Shown here: positions 15,360 to 29,468 of the stretch, piece by piece | Layout: each line of letters starts with the position of its first letter | How positions within the stretch are numbered: the stretch's first letter is position 1 | Assembly: GCA_965645245.1 (NCBI GenBank) | Contig: OZ287067.1 | Span: 3,348,001-3,412,000 of the forward strand | Length of the DNA: 64,000 nucleotides | Direction: 5' to 3' | Source of the DNA: Massalongia carnosa | Lineage: Eukaryota | The notes under the pieces: model-generated | What the model was told of the DNA's origin: nothing | Database searches by the model: none | Seen by the model: only the letters and a program-made list of their open reading frames with translations | Made by a program: the position numbers and the translations under genes

Positions 15360-16956
15360 TATGCAAATCGGGGGAGGGAATGATAGATGCTGTTTCAAAG
15401 GTGAAGGCGAATGGGGAAGGGACGGTAGCTCCTCAGGGTCGTCGTCTGTTTGATGAGATCTTTGCAGGTGATGGATGTGCGTGTGGTTCACTAGATCAAA
15501 AAGTGAATGGCGAGCCCTCAGTCGATGTTGAAGACCGAGCATGCACGTAGTTATCGATTAGGCGTCGGAAGTTGTCACTAGGGGCATGCTCTAGCTGAAG
15601 GTGGTAGGTAGCTCATCATAGAGTTAGGTAATGTACGTGTAGATTCTGGGGCCTGGCAGAATACCGATTATCCCGTGAGCTATCTAACTACTTAGGGTTA
15701 GTAGAGGTAATATAATGGCATGGGATGTACGGAGTATCAGATGCCCACGAGCATACCTAAGGTAGTTTATCTATTTGAATAACAGCGAAGAAAATTTTAA
15801 CATGTTACCTCAGCTTTACAGATTTCAAAGCTCGTCGTTGTCTAGACATCTGGCGGCTTGCTTGATTCCTTCTTCGTCCATTAGGAACTCTTCACTTGGC
15901 TCTAGCAAAAAGTTGCTTATCGCCAGAATCGGGACCACCTGGACACCTAGTTGCAATGTTTGAGTACGTTTCAGTATCTTAAACCTGGTTTACATAGATA
16001 CCTCCAACCCGCTCCGTACATACTTAGCTACTCTATAAGTACTTAGATGTCTTCAAAGCTGCGAGTTCTTAGATCGTTATCCGTGAGCGGTCATAATTGC
16101 TGTGACATGGTAATGTGCCCTCTTCTAAATAATTCATTCAGATCCATCTTCCCGTGATACACTTCAGCCGCTGAAATATATTGATGGGTTTTGAGGCCGC
16201 ATGAGTGATGCCATCGTGTACTGTATAGCAGCGGCTAAAACAACTATATACCGTTACGACCATTTAATACTCGGTATACTCCATACCTCTGTACAGAGTA
16301 TGCTATCACGGGAATGTGTTGAGGATATTTTCAGTACGTAGGCTGATGATACTTGGAACCGTTGTTGACACCTCCATATATAATGCCCTTGCAATGCCCG
16401 ACTCTTGCATGATGTTGTAAATATCTCCTAGGTACAGTACAGATCAGAGTACAGAGTAGTAGACCGCCATAGCCCAAACAAGGACAATGGACGCCTTACC
16501 TTCTTGGGGGTTGATACGGAAACCTAATATCCCTGCTACACCTACCTGAGATACAAGGTACTCCGTATATAAGTAGGGCGATAGGTACCTACTACCCGAC
16601 TCGCCTGACTTGCGGCTTTACCTTAAGCGGCTCCTAACTCATAAGCAAGTCACTGCCTACTTATCAGCCACGACATACTTACATTATAATCATCACAGGC
16701 TTCTATTAAACTCGCATTCCCCCCCGTGCTGGAGACGTCTCTCAACTGTTTGTAAAGTTCGTCTTGCCCAGCGTTTCAACTCTGTAAGAGCCTTAAGAGT
16801 ATATCCGGGAGATACGCTTGCCACAACCTGCTACAATAACGAAGCTCGTTCGGACGTGCGTGATCAAGATTATAAACCGTCTCTTGCATTCAATCTCGAG
16901 AAACAGCTTCGAGGTCGAGAGAGGGGCTGAAAAGAACGTCGAATTCGTCCGACTGC

Positions 16957-19639
16957 ATGTCGAAGCGTTGGAAGGCATCAGTGCATTCTGAAGGTATCCT
17001 AGGGCAATCTTTGAGTATCCTTCATTGTGTTGAGAGTATTCCAACCTGAAGCTCAGCTGCGGCAACCCCGCTATTTTAGTCCTGGCCGACGAAGCCCCCC
17101 AAAATCACCAAACCCAAATCACCCCCGACCACCCAGCCAATTTACATCCTTCTACCTTCCCTACAATCTCAGCCCCATATATAACTCCGAGCCAAAATAC
17201 GCCCACTTCAAACTTGGACCAGCTGGGATCGGAACCAACAGCCAGTACAAGAGCTGGGGTAACTTCGAACCCAGCGCCTCACGACTCACAATCGAGCTCT
17301 CGAAGGCGTCGGCGGAGCTCTTCACCCCAAGAGCTACACCTTGAGCGAGAATTTGGAACCGGAAGGACAGTAGGAGTTGATATCAGTGAGGACTCGAGAA
17401 GCGATATAGGTGGCACCGATACACGGTCTCTAACGGGGAGACCGCCATCTCCGAAGCGCAGGCGCCTCATGAGCAGAGCCATGCGGCTGGATTCCGGTTC
17501 ACCCAATTCAAATGGTGCACGGCATCACTCAAACGGTTCACCACATTCCGCCCTTCACAAAACGGTATTTACGACTTCTACCAATGGGCATGCCGCATCT
17601 ACAAATGGAACACCATCGATGTTTCGAAACGGATCCTCACCAACAGTTTCACGTGGTAAAGCTTCCAGCTTTTTTGGACACGACAGGGAAGAAGTCACCC
17701 GGTTGCTTATACAGGGACTTGCGGATCTCGGCTACCAAGGATCAGCAGATAGATTATCTCAAGAAAGCGGCTACGAGGTTGAAAGCCAAACCGTTGCAGC
17801 ATTTCGTTACGCCGTGCTCCAGGGAGACTGGCTTGAAGCAGAGTCGTTACTTTTTGGTACACCACCTGCCGAAGATGGTGGAGGCGTTAGCATTAGCAAC
17901 GGACAAGCACATCATACGGGTCTGAGGTTTGCGGAGGGAGCAGATCAGGATGAGCTGAAATTTCGACTCCGTGAGCAAAAGTATTTGGAACTTCTTGAAG
18001 CAAGAAAGCAAACAGATGCACTCAATGTTTTACGGCAAGAGTTGACACCTTTGCATCAAGACATGGGTAAACTGCACCACTTAGCAAGGTAAGCGGTGCT
18101 TATGAGAGAAGAAGATAGAAGAAGAGCCAGATCCCTTTTAAGCTGTCTGAAATCCAAGTAAGCTAATATATGTATAGTTTAATGGTAAGCCATGAAGAAG
18201 ACTTCCACACACATGCTCGGTGGGATGGAGCACGCGGTAGATCTCGTCGACTGTTACTTCAAGAGATTTCGAGTAGGTCCAAGTCCCCTTTCAATCAAGG
18301 CATTTTTAATGGATGAATCCAGAGTCGATAGCGCCGTCATTAATGATTCCTGAGCATCGGCTAGCAGTGCTTCTTAATCAATGGAAGCAGAACCAGATAT
18401 CTAAATGCTTGTATCATAACTCATCAACTCCGCCTTCGTTATTTTCGGATCACACGTGTGATCGGAGTCAATTTCCTCTCCGGACAGTTCTGGAGCTAAA
18501 CCAAAATGTTGGCGAAGTATGGTTTGTAGCATTCTCACATAATGGTAGAAGATTAGCAACAAGTGGCGAAGATAGCGCAGTAATTATTTATGATACGAGT
18601 ACGTTTCATGTCAGACACACCCTCAGAGATCATACCTCTCATGTGGCATACCTAACATGGAGTCCTGATGATTCTAAACTCATTACTTGTTGCCATGATC
18701 ACAAAGCGCGAGTATGGGACGCGGAGGTGGGTATTACTTCTCGTTGTACTTGCATCGTGTTGCTAATGTCTACATAGACGGGGCGTTGTATACTTACTAT
18801 TGATCATCACATGGAGCCGGTAACAACGGCTGCATGGGCTCCTGATGGTGACAGCTTTGTCACTGGATCCCTTGATGTGCAGTCTCAGCTTTGTCTATGG
18901 AACTTAAATGGTCGATCTGCTTATAGCTGGGCAATCAACTACCGGATACAAGATTGTGCAATCTCTCCAGATGGACAACGACTTGTCACAATATCGTCGG
19001 AGAGGCAGATATTCGTGTATAATTTTGTGACAAGGGAAGAGGAGTACAGCATTCTTTTGAAAACCAAAATGACATGCCTCAATATCAGCCGAGACTCTAG
19101 ATACATGTTGATCAATATGACCGATAACGAAGTCCAACTGATTGACATCGAGACTGCAGAAATTGTCAAAAGGTTTCTAGGGCAGAAGCAGGGAGATTTC
19201 GTTATTCGGAGTTCATTTGGCGGGACAGATGAGAATCTTGTGATAAGCGGCAGCGAAGGTACTATTCGTCGAGTTCTTGCTCAATCTCCTTGCGCTTACC
19301 ACTATTTTCTAGACTCTAAGGTGTATATTTGGCACAAAGAGAATGGCATACTCATCGAGACCCTCGAGGGCCACTCCACCGGTTGCGTCAATGGAGTAGC
19401 GTGGAATCCAGCTGATCCATGCATGTTCGCCTCAGCAGGAGATGACAGGAAAGTTCGGATGTAAGTCAAGACAATGTGGGATTGCTCAAGCTCACCATTA
19501 GGTTAACGAGTCTCGGTTTCACAGATGGTCGAAGGAGATAGCTTCGCCAAAAGTAAGACAAAGGATCAGCAATAACTCCATTCAGCATCGACCCACCAGT
19601 GGAAGAGGATTTTACGAGCCCTCGGCCACTATTCTGTGA
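16957..19639 (+). CDS. GID7: LisH/CTLH-WD40 protein, GID/CTLH E3 ligase subunit Gid7/WDR26-like
   Basis: LisH-like HDREEVTRLLIQGLADLGY, CTLH-like EQKYLELLE, and MIPEHRLAVLL followed by WD40 repeats. The start at 16957 assumes intron 16994..17079; an alternative ATG is at 17469. Confidence 0.85.
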
Positions 19640-21131
19640 CCCACGATAAGAAAATCGAGCATGTTCCTTCTCGCGTATCCCTTAACCCCCTTTTTCCATA
19701 TTTACGTACAAGCAGTGCGAACGAACACGGTAGCATCAGTTTTCGGCGAAATACAGAGTCTCCTTGGTATCTTAAATTTTTGAGGGGAGTGGAAGGGGCG
19801 ACATCAAGCGTGAGGCGAAGCATTTTCGGATCTCACCCACTGCGATCTTTTCTTTTACTCGAGAAACGAAGTCATCAGATTGCATGATTAGGGAACTTCA
19901 TATCTGTTTGGGTGGCGAGCAGGCGGTGCATTGAATGGTTCACAGGGGGTTGGGGAGGGGCGGTTAGGATATGAATTTGCGTAGATGGTTGTATTTAGGG
20001 TCAGACTACCTATCTATTTTGTTTTGTTTAAGCCTCTTGGCGCGTCACCTAGCCTGGTTGATGTCCTGCAGCCATCAAGAAAGCACGCTCGACAGTCGAT
20101 GGAAATCAGTCAGGTCCTAACTACTATAGTTCGTCTGCCCAACGCGAGTTTTGAGACGCTCACAGCTAGCCGAACTTATAAGGTAAGCTACTTTACCTAC
20201 ATGTGGCAAACTATACTTCTTGTAAGCATAACTACCGCTATGTAGCTATGTGCAACAGGGGATTCATGACTGATTTTATCAGAGAAAGGTTGCTTTGCAT
20301 CCCTCCTGTTCCAGGTAAACAAAATAACTCATCACCCTTTGCCAAAGGAGGTGAGCTTGTATGCACTCATCGGAACTAGTTAGCCTGGTTGCTTAGGCTT
20401 AGCTTAAACGCTTCTGACTGGTCGGCGTATTGACCTAAAATGTTTTATATTATTCAAAATATTTGCGGCTTCAAGATCAGAATCTTCTCGTTGATGTCAT
20501 TATTAGCGCAGGCGGACGAGTTGAGTCTTGTTGAATGAAATTCGTTTAATTGTCATGTAATTTTTCTGTCTTATCTATCTTACATTTTTTAACGTAGAGC
20601 ACTGATGCTTGGCAAGCTTCAATTAGGGGCCCGGTCCACCTGCGAAACTTCGACCCCCCTCTTCTACTCTTATCTAAGTATCCTCTATTTCCAACCAGCT
20701 TCGGCTATTGCTCTGGGAGTAAACAGAGAACTAGCTCCTGTACATACAATCTGGTGGCATGGGCAAGCATGCTCTTCGTTCAACATGTTTAGTTTTCTTT
20801 TAGCCTTAGTGAAAATCCATTTCATGACGATGCCGGCTGAGGCAAATTATCATTTCGAAGATGAGTCCCTCATCGAGCGAAATTTGTTTTGATTTGGCTA
20901 TCCCATGCCTTTACCGCGTTCTCAGGATGAAGATAGCTGTGGAAATTTTGGGACGCGTCTCATGGCCATCTACTTACCGAGATTTATATCCGCCGAGTTC
21001 CGGTGGATCATATGAGTCGATGCTGGATGTACTGATTTCATAACTTTCTGTACTATGAGTCCTTGGCTACTGTACTCAGTTTAAATACTGTATATACCTT
21101 AGTTGTTTTTTTTCCCGGCTAAGACTTCACT

Positions 21132-23070
21132 ATGCTTCGTCTTGCTTTGTGCATTATCATTCTTGGCTTGTTACTTCCAATTACTGCTCTACATGGATGT
21201 CAGCAGGAGAAACTATCAGCGCAGCAGATCTTGAATAAAGGTATTGCGGCTTTGGGTGGGAAAGCCAAACTCGGTGGTTTGAAAGGTGTGACATCTCACG
21301 CATAGTGAGTATTTCCTGATTTAAATGCCTGGCACGTCAGGAGGCTCATCGTCTGAATGGCGCGAAACTCTGTACAGAACAAACTCACTTAAGAAGAGCA
21401 CTATACCAGGAATTGCAAACATTTCAATCGCTATAGCGGGTACTCAAACCATCTCATATAACCTCTCCGGCGACGATGGCGACATCGTCCAACGGACTGA
21501 CCGACAATACCAGTTGGGTGAGCTATCGAACTTTAGACGGCTTCAGCTTGAGAGCAACACTGTGTCGATTGTGACACGGAGCGGGAAAGATGGGTATAGC
21601 TGCTACGTCCGAGGGAATGAGTATATATTTCTTCCCCCAGATGCACCTTCTAGTTATACAAATGGTAAGTCGGCTAAATCTATTTTGTCCATTCTATTCG
21701 ATCCAGAAATCTCGATTGATTATCTATAAGGCATGCTAAGGCGAGCGCTATATAGGCGCCCTCGCAAATAGTCTCCTGAGAGATGCTAAACGGCTATATC
21801 CAAAATTACTTCTTGCCTTCAGGATTTCATCGAGCTCTGCTCCCACTACGCTCGTTGTCAGAGATGTATCATACCCAGAAATCACAGATAGAAACCTAAA
21901 CATTATCATTTCCGTCCGCCCAAAAACGTATTTGCCATACATCATTCGATCTTACGAGGACCATCACATCTTCGGCATGTCTCCAAATAATTTTGTTATC
22001 TATAACTACACTGCCATTGATGTTGTGCAGTTTCCTCGCAGGATCAAAATCTCCTACAACGAAGACAGTTTGCTACTTGATACCATCGTTGATAATATTG
22101 AAATAGATCCTAGTTTTCCATCTAATTTTTTTTCGAAGCTTGCCGTAAAGCCAAATCAATGCTACAGGGTTCAAGATATCTCCTGTTTCAGCAGCTCATT
22201 CCGCCGAGTATGGAGAAGCTGAAGTATTTGAAAAAAAGTACGTGTTATCCCTATCATCTTCATCGGGGCTTGAGCTAAAGATGTTCAGCCACAACTTACT
22301 CTGGGCTGGCGGCTATCAACGAAAATTAGACAACGTCAATGTGACTTACCCGGTTCCAGAACCTCAGGATTGATTCACCTTGTATTCATTGACTCCCCTA
22401 CTTACACGACTACTATTGGCAATACTGAGTATGCTGTCATGGTAACGGATGCTCCACCTCATCAGAGTAAACTCGTGATACAATAGGTTGAAGAAAATTT
22501 GAAAAAGAAAGTTACCAACCTTCTTGTAAGTCTTACCAAGCTCGTCTGATTCCACTGCTCTAAGAAGGAAGCTCAAAGCTAATCACCCTATATTCGAGCT
22601 TTCTCGTTATCACCCCTAAACCTAAGTCATTCACCAAGCCACTAAAACCCCCTTTTCTAGATGACCATAGCTATGCCGCCGGGGCTACCCTTGTCGTTCC
22701 TCAGGACTTCACCTACTATTGGAGCAAAATCCCCGGTGTCAAATTCGCCCCGGTCATGTAAAACCATCCATCCTTTCCCACCCACTGCCCGCTTGATACA
22801 CATGCTTATTAATGCTGCAGCGTGACTCACCCCTTCATTCACCGTTCTAAATCCATATAGGTTCGTGGCGTTTGGCCCGGTGCCAAAGATCTACATTTGA
22901 CGGATTAGCAGTATTTCACCTTTATACTGCGATGCCCGACGAAAACGTCACCGTTTGCCATCTTGGTCGCTGATGTGTGGCGCCCGGGACTGCTTGATTA
23001 TCGCTTCCGGCAGGACGAGGCAATATCGTCTCTCGCAATCGCGAGGGAGGCAAAGATTCTAAGGAAGAAC
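21132..23070 (+). pseudogene. Degenerate secreted metallo-beta-lactamase-fold protein gene
   Basis: Signal peptide, then fragments (GIAALGG, YLPYIIRSYEDHHIFG, VTDAPPHQSKLVIQ*VEENL, DHSYAAGATLVVP, VADVW) resembling a fungal MBL-fold family. In-frame TAG at 22484, frameshift near 22130, and the His-rich metal motif appears eroded. Confidence 0.65.
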
Positions 23071-26000
23071 TTGTGAATTCGACATTCTTTCTTGTCCTCT
23101 TTATCGTGGCTTTTATATTACTCCGAATATTTCTTGCGCTCGGGGTTATAACGTATTCATCCGCCCCCTGTCATCCATCCTTCCCTATCCGATCCCCCGT
23201 CGTTATCCGAACCAGCTCCTGGCGGATAACCGTGCAAAACCGAAGAGGTCCGGATTTTGCATCACTGTTGTCCCCGTCATGCATGGAGAACCGCTGGTAG
23301 CCGATCCGCTGGTAGCCGAATAGCCGCACTAGCTCTCGCCATAGACTAACTAGTAAAGAAATTTGGTAGAAAACTACAACTACTTAGAAAATCGTATTTT
23401 ACTCTCTCATGAGGCCTCCAAACCCACCCAGACATATTCATCTAGTGCTTAATATTTATACCATCAACTTCTCTTTCCTGATATGCCTTGTTCCCTTCGG
23501 TCTTGGGGTCCGCTTTGCTACGTTCTCTCTTTTGTATCCTTCAGGAACTACATTCCTTCAAGCAAGCATTTTCTTCTCTAAGCTCCCCTCCTTATCATGT
23601 ACAATAAACTTTCCGATAAATATGCGCCAGTAACAAAGAACTGCAGGACTATCAGGCGGAGACTAAGGTTAAGAGGCGAAGTGTTGCGTAGAACTAGCTG
23701 GACAAGTATTGTGGTATATACCTACCCACTAGACTAAAGTATTTCAGAATTTCTTCTAATGCTGAACTCATACTCCGGGAGAGTTCAACCTGATCATAGG
23801 GAGCGAGTTCCCACAGCCGGAGACCAGAAAGACCCACGTGTGCCATGCATGATAGCTGGAGGTTTGGCCGGAAAATCACCATCAGACGATGTCGCGTATC
23901 TTCGCTCTGATGATAGATGGGCTATGAGTGATGAGCTCAGCTTGTCCCTTTTTAAGCAGAATATATCTAAAAATGAAGGAATCTTTTAAAGGCTGGGGGA
24001 ATGGGCCAGAAAAGTGAAAGTATTCCAAGTTTCAGTTTTAGCGAAAGAGTGCCAGGGCATGAAGGTGGAGGAAACCTAACTTCCTAACTTGTTTGATGTC
24101 AACTATTCTCACCGACAGAAATTTCTCATCCAACCATACGTTTTTCTTTCATTCCTCCCCAATGCATACTTCGCTATTTCTTACATTTTCACTTTCCGCG
24201 CTTTGATACTTTTGCTCCTTTGAAGTTCCTTAGTACTACGCAGACATCTCTTATTGTTTTCCAGCAAAAACCAGCCCGAAGACATTACGACTCTTACCTT
24301 CTTCAGCCATCAGGTGGAGCTGTTCAAAGTAGACAGATGTCTTTCTCTTTCATTCGTCTACATTTCTATACTCAGGCACTGAGTATCATAGGGATCAGCT
24401 TGATCGTCAAGGTTCAAGACTTGCTGATGCTACTCTTGCTTACTAGTTCAAGATTTCTTACCGATTCTCATTGGGCTACCTCGTTCGCGACTTGATCGTG
24501 CTCCTAGCATTTGTCGCGGCCACCTTCCTCTATATTCCTTGGATTAAACTTCGTTTAGCACGGCACGCTGCATGGGCCGTTGATGGGTACATCCCGAGCT
24601 TGGCGATAGTAGGTCTTTGGATGAGTGAAAAGCCAACAAGAGTGCTGAGAAGATGTTAATGGTGCCGGTGGGTTGTTGGATATGACTGCGGATATATAGC
24701 TTTCTCGCCGTCCGCTTTTCTCAACAATATTGTTGGCTTCATCTTGCACCCCTTTCTTATAACGCTATACTTATCGTAGAACCCCACTCATTGACAATAT
24801 AACCGCTGTGCAAAAAAAGTTGCCAAGCATCACAACAAAGTTCTTCCACGACGCTCTGAGTCCGCATCAAGTCTGATGTGGGATGTTGATAGACTGGAGG
24901 AATTGACAGAGAACTCACCTGTGGTCATACCCATACGCTTGGCTTATCAGTAGATGATTGGCGTTTTCTATTATCTCGTGACTAACATTTCCGCCTTCCG
25001 GGTAACTTTCATAAGGGGACTTCATCCCTTAGGTTACTTGGTAACAGCCACGCATCCGGAGTTGCCTAAATTTGAGTCCAAAGCTTGAACGTTCCGAAAA
25101 ATGCCAGAGCGAAGATCGACCGAGAATTCGAATGAACTGAGAAGAACTTGTTGTACAATATTGTCAGGTACCACGTCAAACATTCTCTTTTCTCATAATT
25201 CAACACCCTTTTCTGTTGGTGCAGTCCTAAAGGGTAAATCATGGCATAGAAGCCCCCTTCAGTATCATGCCGAAGAAGCGACTAAGGTGGTAGTCACTTA
25301 TTGGGGCGCCTCCTATCATGTCGATAAGACCTGGTCGCTCTCTACCGGTCTATGAGAGGCATTCACCCAGTACCAGTGGCCCAAGCCGAATACTCCGGCA
25401 GCAAAGCCGGGAGATCGCATCATATGGTATAGAGGGGTCTCTTCGCTTCTTATAGAGGCCAGCAGAAGAAATAAAGGGGTCCTAGTGACTTGTCCCTTGC
25501 CGTTCGTGCTCCGTACTTTAAGAGCATCAAGCTTGCTGGGCTGACCTAGTATTAATATGTAGGTAGCGGCAGGGAATATGCTCAGAGCTGTTTCTAAACA
25601 GATTTTGGTAGGTGATATGCATCGCTTAGAGGAGCTCAGCGGGAGCTCAGCGGGATACCTTATAGCACGAAGTTTTATTTAAGCCGATTATGTTCCTGCT
25701 GGGTGTCACGGGATAATCTCTTTTATCCATGAACTTTTTAAGGTTCATGATCAAAACAACAGACATTTCATCAAATGAGATTCATCATCCTTCTGAATTT
25801 TAATCACTTGCTTCCTGCATGCCCTTCCACTGTTAACTCCTGTGGGAGGCAGAAAATGCATTTCAGAAGGCTTTTTCAAATGGCTCCTCTATCTCTTCAG
25901 CCTTGAACGGTGATAGCTACCTATTAAAGGCAATAATATTCTGCTGATCGGGACAATAATCTACTTCATGCCGGACGAAGTGCTTCCTTTGGAATTTTTT

Positions 26001-26477
26001 GGCTATCTAAGTGCTGTTTGCAAACGTATCTCCCTATCCCTATTTTTCAAGGAGCTTCATTCACAGCGCCTTTTTCTCAATTCACGGCGTTTATTAATTC
26101 ACAACATTCGCCAATAAGAAGGAAAGATGAATGAATTGCAGTCCGCAAAGCTTACTATATAATAAATTGGAGCGCGCTCAATATTCCAGGGCCTGAGTTG
26201 GAGAAACAGAATCATAGTATCCTACTTGAAATTCCCTACTTGAACATTTGCGTTTATCAAACGTCCCCAGCCCTTTAATAGCAAAGAAACCATACTAATC
26301 TTATTTCCCTCATTCTCCCCAAATCATCCATCCTCCTTAAGGTAAATAGATCCGTATCCTTTCGAGCTATTCAGAACTTTGGAGAGAACCAGCTCTAAAA
26401 TTCACATGCATTCATGTCTGATACGGGACATGCTGATTCTCTCCAACCGCAGCAAGCTCGGCTCATTTCAGATCACC

Positions 26478-27066
26478 ATGGCTTCAGGCTGCCAGTACTT
26501 ATATCTCAACACGGACATAGGATATCCCCGCCTAGTCGATCTTCTCCACGTTCCCAATGAAGACGGTGACATGGTCAAGTTCGCTGACATGGTGGTGACC
26601 GTTCTCCACTCCCATGGACGTGCCACCCTAGACGCCTTCCTCGACCTGAGCAAACCCACTTTCTACTTCAAACCCGAGTATGCCAAGGACAACAAGCGAC
26701 GCTTCGGCCTCGAGAGAAACGGCACCACTATCCTCGTAAATTTCCCCTTCCTCCCTTAGCGCAAAGAAAGAAAAAAAGCCAGAAAGCTAACTCCAGCGGC
26801 CCCAAATCCCGCAGTGCGGCTGGCGCGATGAGAACGACAACTCGGGCCTGCAACCCTGTCCGCGCTGGAATTCCTGTTTTGAGTACCGCATTGAGCCGTC
26901 GGGCCGCTGGACCCCAGTCTCCTGCACGGACCTCGAGGGCGAGAAATGCACCGCTCCAGACACGGTGGCGACGCTCGTCGCGAAGGGATTCGCCCCCTGG
27001 GTCTTCCTTGTTGGACCGTGGCGGCAGAGAAAGAGCCTGACTGCCGTTTGGGGCTTTGGCGCATAA
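26478..27066 (+). CDS. Hypothetical protein (~170 aa), 2 coding exons
   Basis: ATG in CACCATGG context and C/G-ending codon bias. Intron 26736..26814 (GTAAAT...GCTAAC...CAG) joins NGTTIL to CGWRDEND...GFGA*. Confidence 0.6.
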
Positions 27067-29468
27067 AATTTTAACTAGATGTTAGGGGAGGGGAGCGGGA
27101 GTGGAGAGGGGGAGTGAGGGAGGGGAAAAGGCGCAGGTAGGTTATATACATAGCTGATTTCAGGGGCTAGGAGTTCGATGGGCTAGTAGCTTGTAGCTTA
27201 TACTGTTGTAGATATGATTGAGTATATAGGTCTAGCCTGGTGTTCAGATAGCTATGGATATTACTACTTACACTAAAAAACGAAGAAATCCACTCCCGCC
27301 GAACCAAAACCAAAGATGAAACAAAAAAACAAAATTAACATCACAGCCTTTTTTACCCCCTTACACATTACCATCTAAAACTCCCGCCTTACCCACCCAC
27401 ATTTCTTACAGGCAGGCAGGCAAGCAGGCAGGCAGGGGATGTCGCAAGAGAGAGAGAGGGTCTCGAGTAGAATATTTACCGTAAGAACTAACCCTAACCG
27501 TAAGGCAGTCGGTTTGGTTAATCTTCTTCTTTGATATTGATGGTGATTACCCCGTGATATAGAAATCGGAATTGGGATGATGGATGGGGATTAGGGAGGT
27601 GGTGATGATGGGAGTGGTGGTTAGAGGTAGAGATAGAGATGAAGATAGAGAGATTAGGAAAAGAAGTTGAGAATGGAAAATGGAGATTAAATGATGCAAA
27701 CCAATGATGGTAATCTACCCGAACACGGAGCTATAGATAGGATTATCCATCCTCTTCTTCATCTCTCCCTCCCCTCCCTCTCTCCCTTTCTTGTTCTCCC
27801 CACAGCTAAACCCTCACCATCTATCTCTATCTCTACGTAAGTATGTATGTAGGTAGGTAGGTATCTGTTACATAACCATCCATCCATCCACCCACCCATT
27901 CCTACCGGCCGACCGACTGGCCGACTGATCTCAGATCACTACACGGCAAGACATGACAGGACACGGAGAAAATCGAGTCAAATTAAATCCAAATAGGAAC
28001 CGGAACCGGAAGGTGAGTGAGGGATCGGGGGAATTGGGTTTAGAGAATGGAGCACATGTATAGGCTTTCGACTGACCGAGATATTTAAAGGGAAAATACG
28101 TAGGTGAAATTTTTGGATATAGGATAGTGCGGTGTGGTTCTAATATATATAACGCAAAGCATTCCTCCGCCACATCTCTGACAACCTCCCGGATAGGAAT
28201 CTTAGTTTCATCATCATCACTAGCCCGACACAAAAATCGAGCTCTCCCTCGCCGAAACCGGGATACAACACCACTCACCACCCATCACATCTCCTCCATC
28301 TATGGCTTGAGGGCTTCTGGCCGGAAGGTAGCAATGGATTCCTTTTCATTTCTTTTCATTTAATTCGGTGAACACCAAGATAACTAAAGGGTGATAATGG
28401 GAGAACCAAAAAGGAAGCCTGGACCAAGACTCGGGAATGGCCGCTGAGTCGGTCCTATGCTGTGGAGCTGAACTGATTTATGTTTTTGAAATCATGGCGC
28501 TGGATGTTTTTTCTTTCTATGCCGCGGAGCTAGTAACTAGTTAGAACATCTAGATTTTCTTTATGTCATTTTTAGACTGCTTGCTTGGAGCGATGTATGT
28601 ATATATACAATACAAAAACCAACGGTGTTAATATGAGATGCTTGTGATCTGAGAAACTTTTCCTAGATTATTAGTTCCCTCTCCACTTTCTTGATCAGAA
28701 ATGCAGAAAAAGAATTGAGTACGAGGACTTTAATCAGGAATGAAGAAAGAGAAAAATATTTCGCTGAGCACCAATATCTTTTGTTTTAAAATAAAATTCG
28801 ATTCGAAGGGTTATGCTCTCCAGCACGTTCGAAAGAGTATGGAAAGAACGATCCTCGTTAAGTGCAACCGAAGCTTTGGTAGTGCCCTCACATGAAACAG
28901 AATCCGAAATCTGAGCCTTACCCTCTCATATGCTCGTGATTAATAGGAGGCGTTTTCCTATTCAATCTTAACGTCTGGGGAAGTCTGAGAGTAATATATA
29001 GTCCTCCGCGCTATGGCCTGATGACTGCCATTGCAAGAATCATGGGGAAAGACAATGCTCCATATTCCAAAAAAAAAGCTAGCATAATTTGCATGCGGAT
29101 TTCTTTGTTAGCCATGTTGTCGCCTATGAGTTTATGCCTCCTTTGGCAGAAATTTTCGCCAGCCGTTTGAAAAGCCAGCATCTCAACACATTTAAGATTT
29201 TCTAACCGGTAAGAAAGCTACTAAAAGACGGCTAGGTGGATTTGGGGTATACCTTTGAACCTGAGAAGCCAATAAGCTCTAACAGATTGCCATAGTTGAG
29301 TAGAATGAAGTTATTTTCCCGCGTGATGACGGTTGAAATTTTCCCTGTCTTTGGTGATACTTTATACTCGCTCGTTTATGCCCCAAGCTCATAGCGCTTT
29401 ACCATTCGTAAGGGAGAGTCTTGAGATCTGCGATTCCGGCACGGCAGTGCGTGATTAAAAAGGTATGG

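Noticed and set aside
17034..17468. Non-AUG initiation of the GID7-like gene (long ATG-less in-frame extension)
   Set aside because: An upstream ATG exon (16957-16993) plus a GT-AG intron (16994..17079) explains the open frame.
22484..22486. Premature TAG corrected by A-to-I editing
   Set aside because: The gene also has a frameshift, deletions and another stop, so pseudogenisation is more parsimonious.
23400..26300. Short hydrophobic ORF fragments (possible degraded membrane-protein gene)
   Set aside because: Too fragmented to assign without a BLASTx search.
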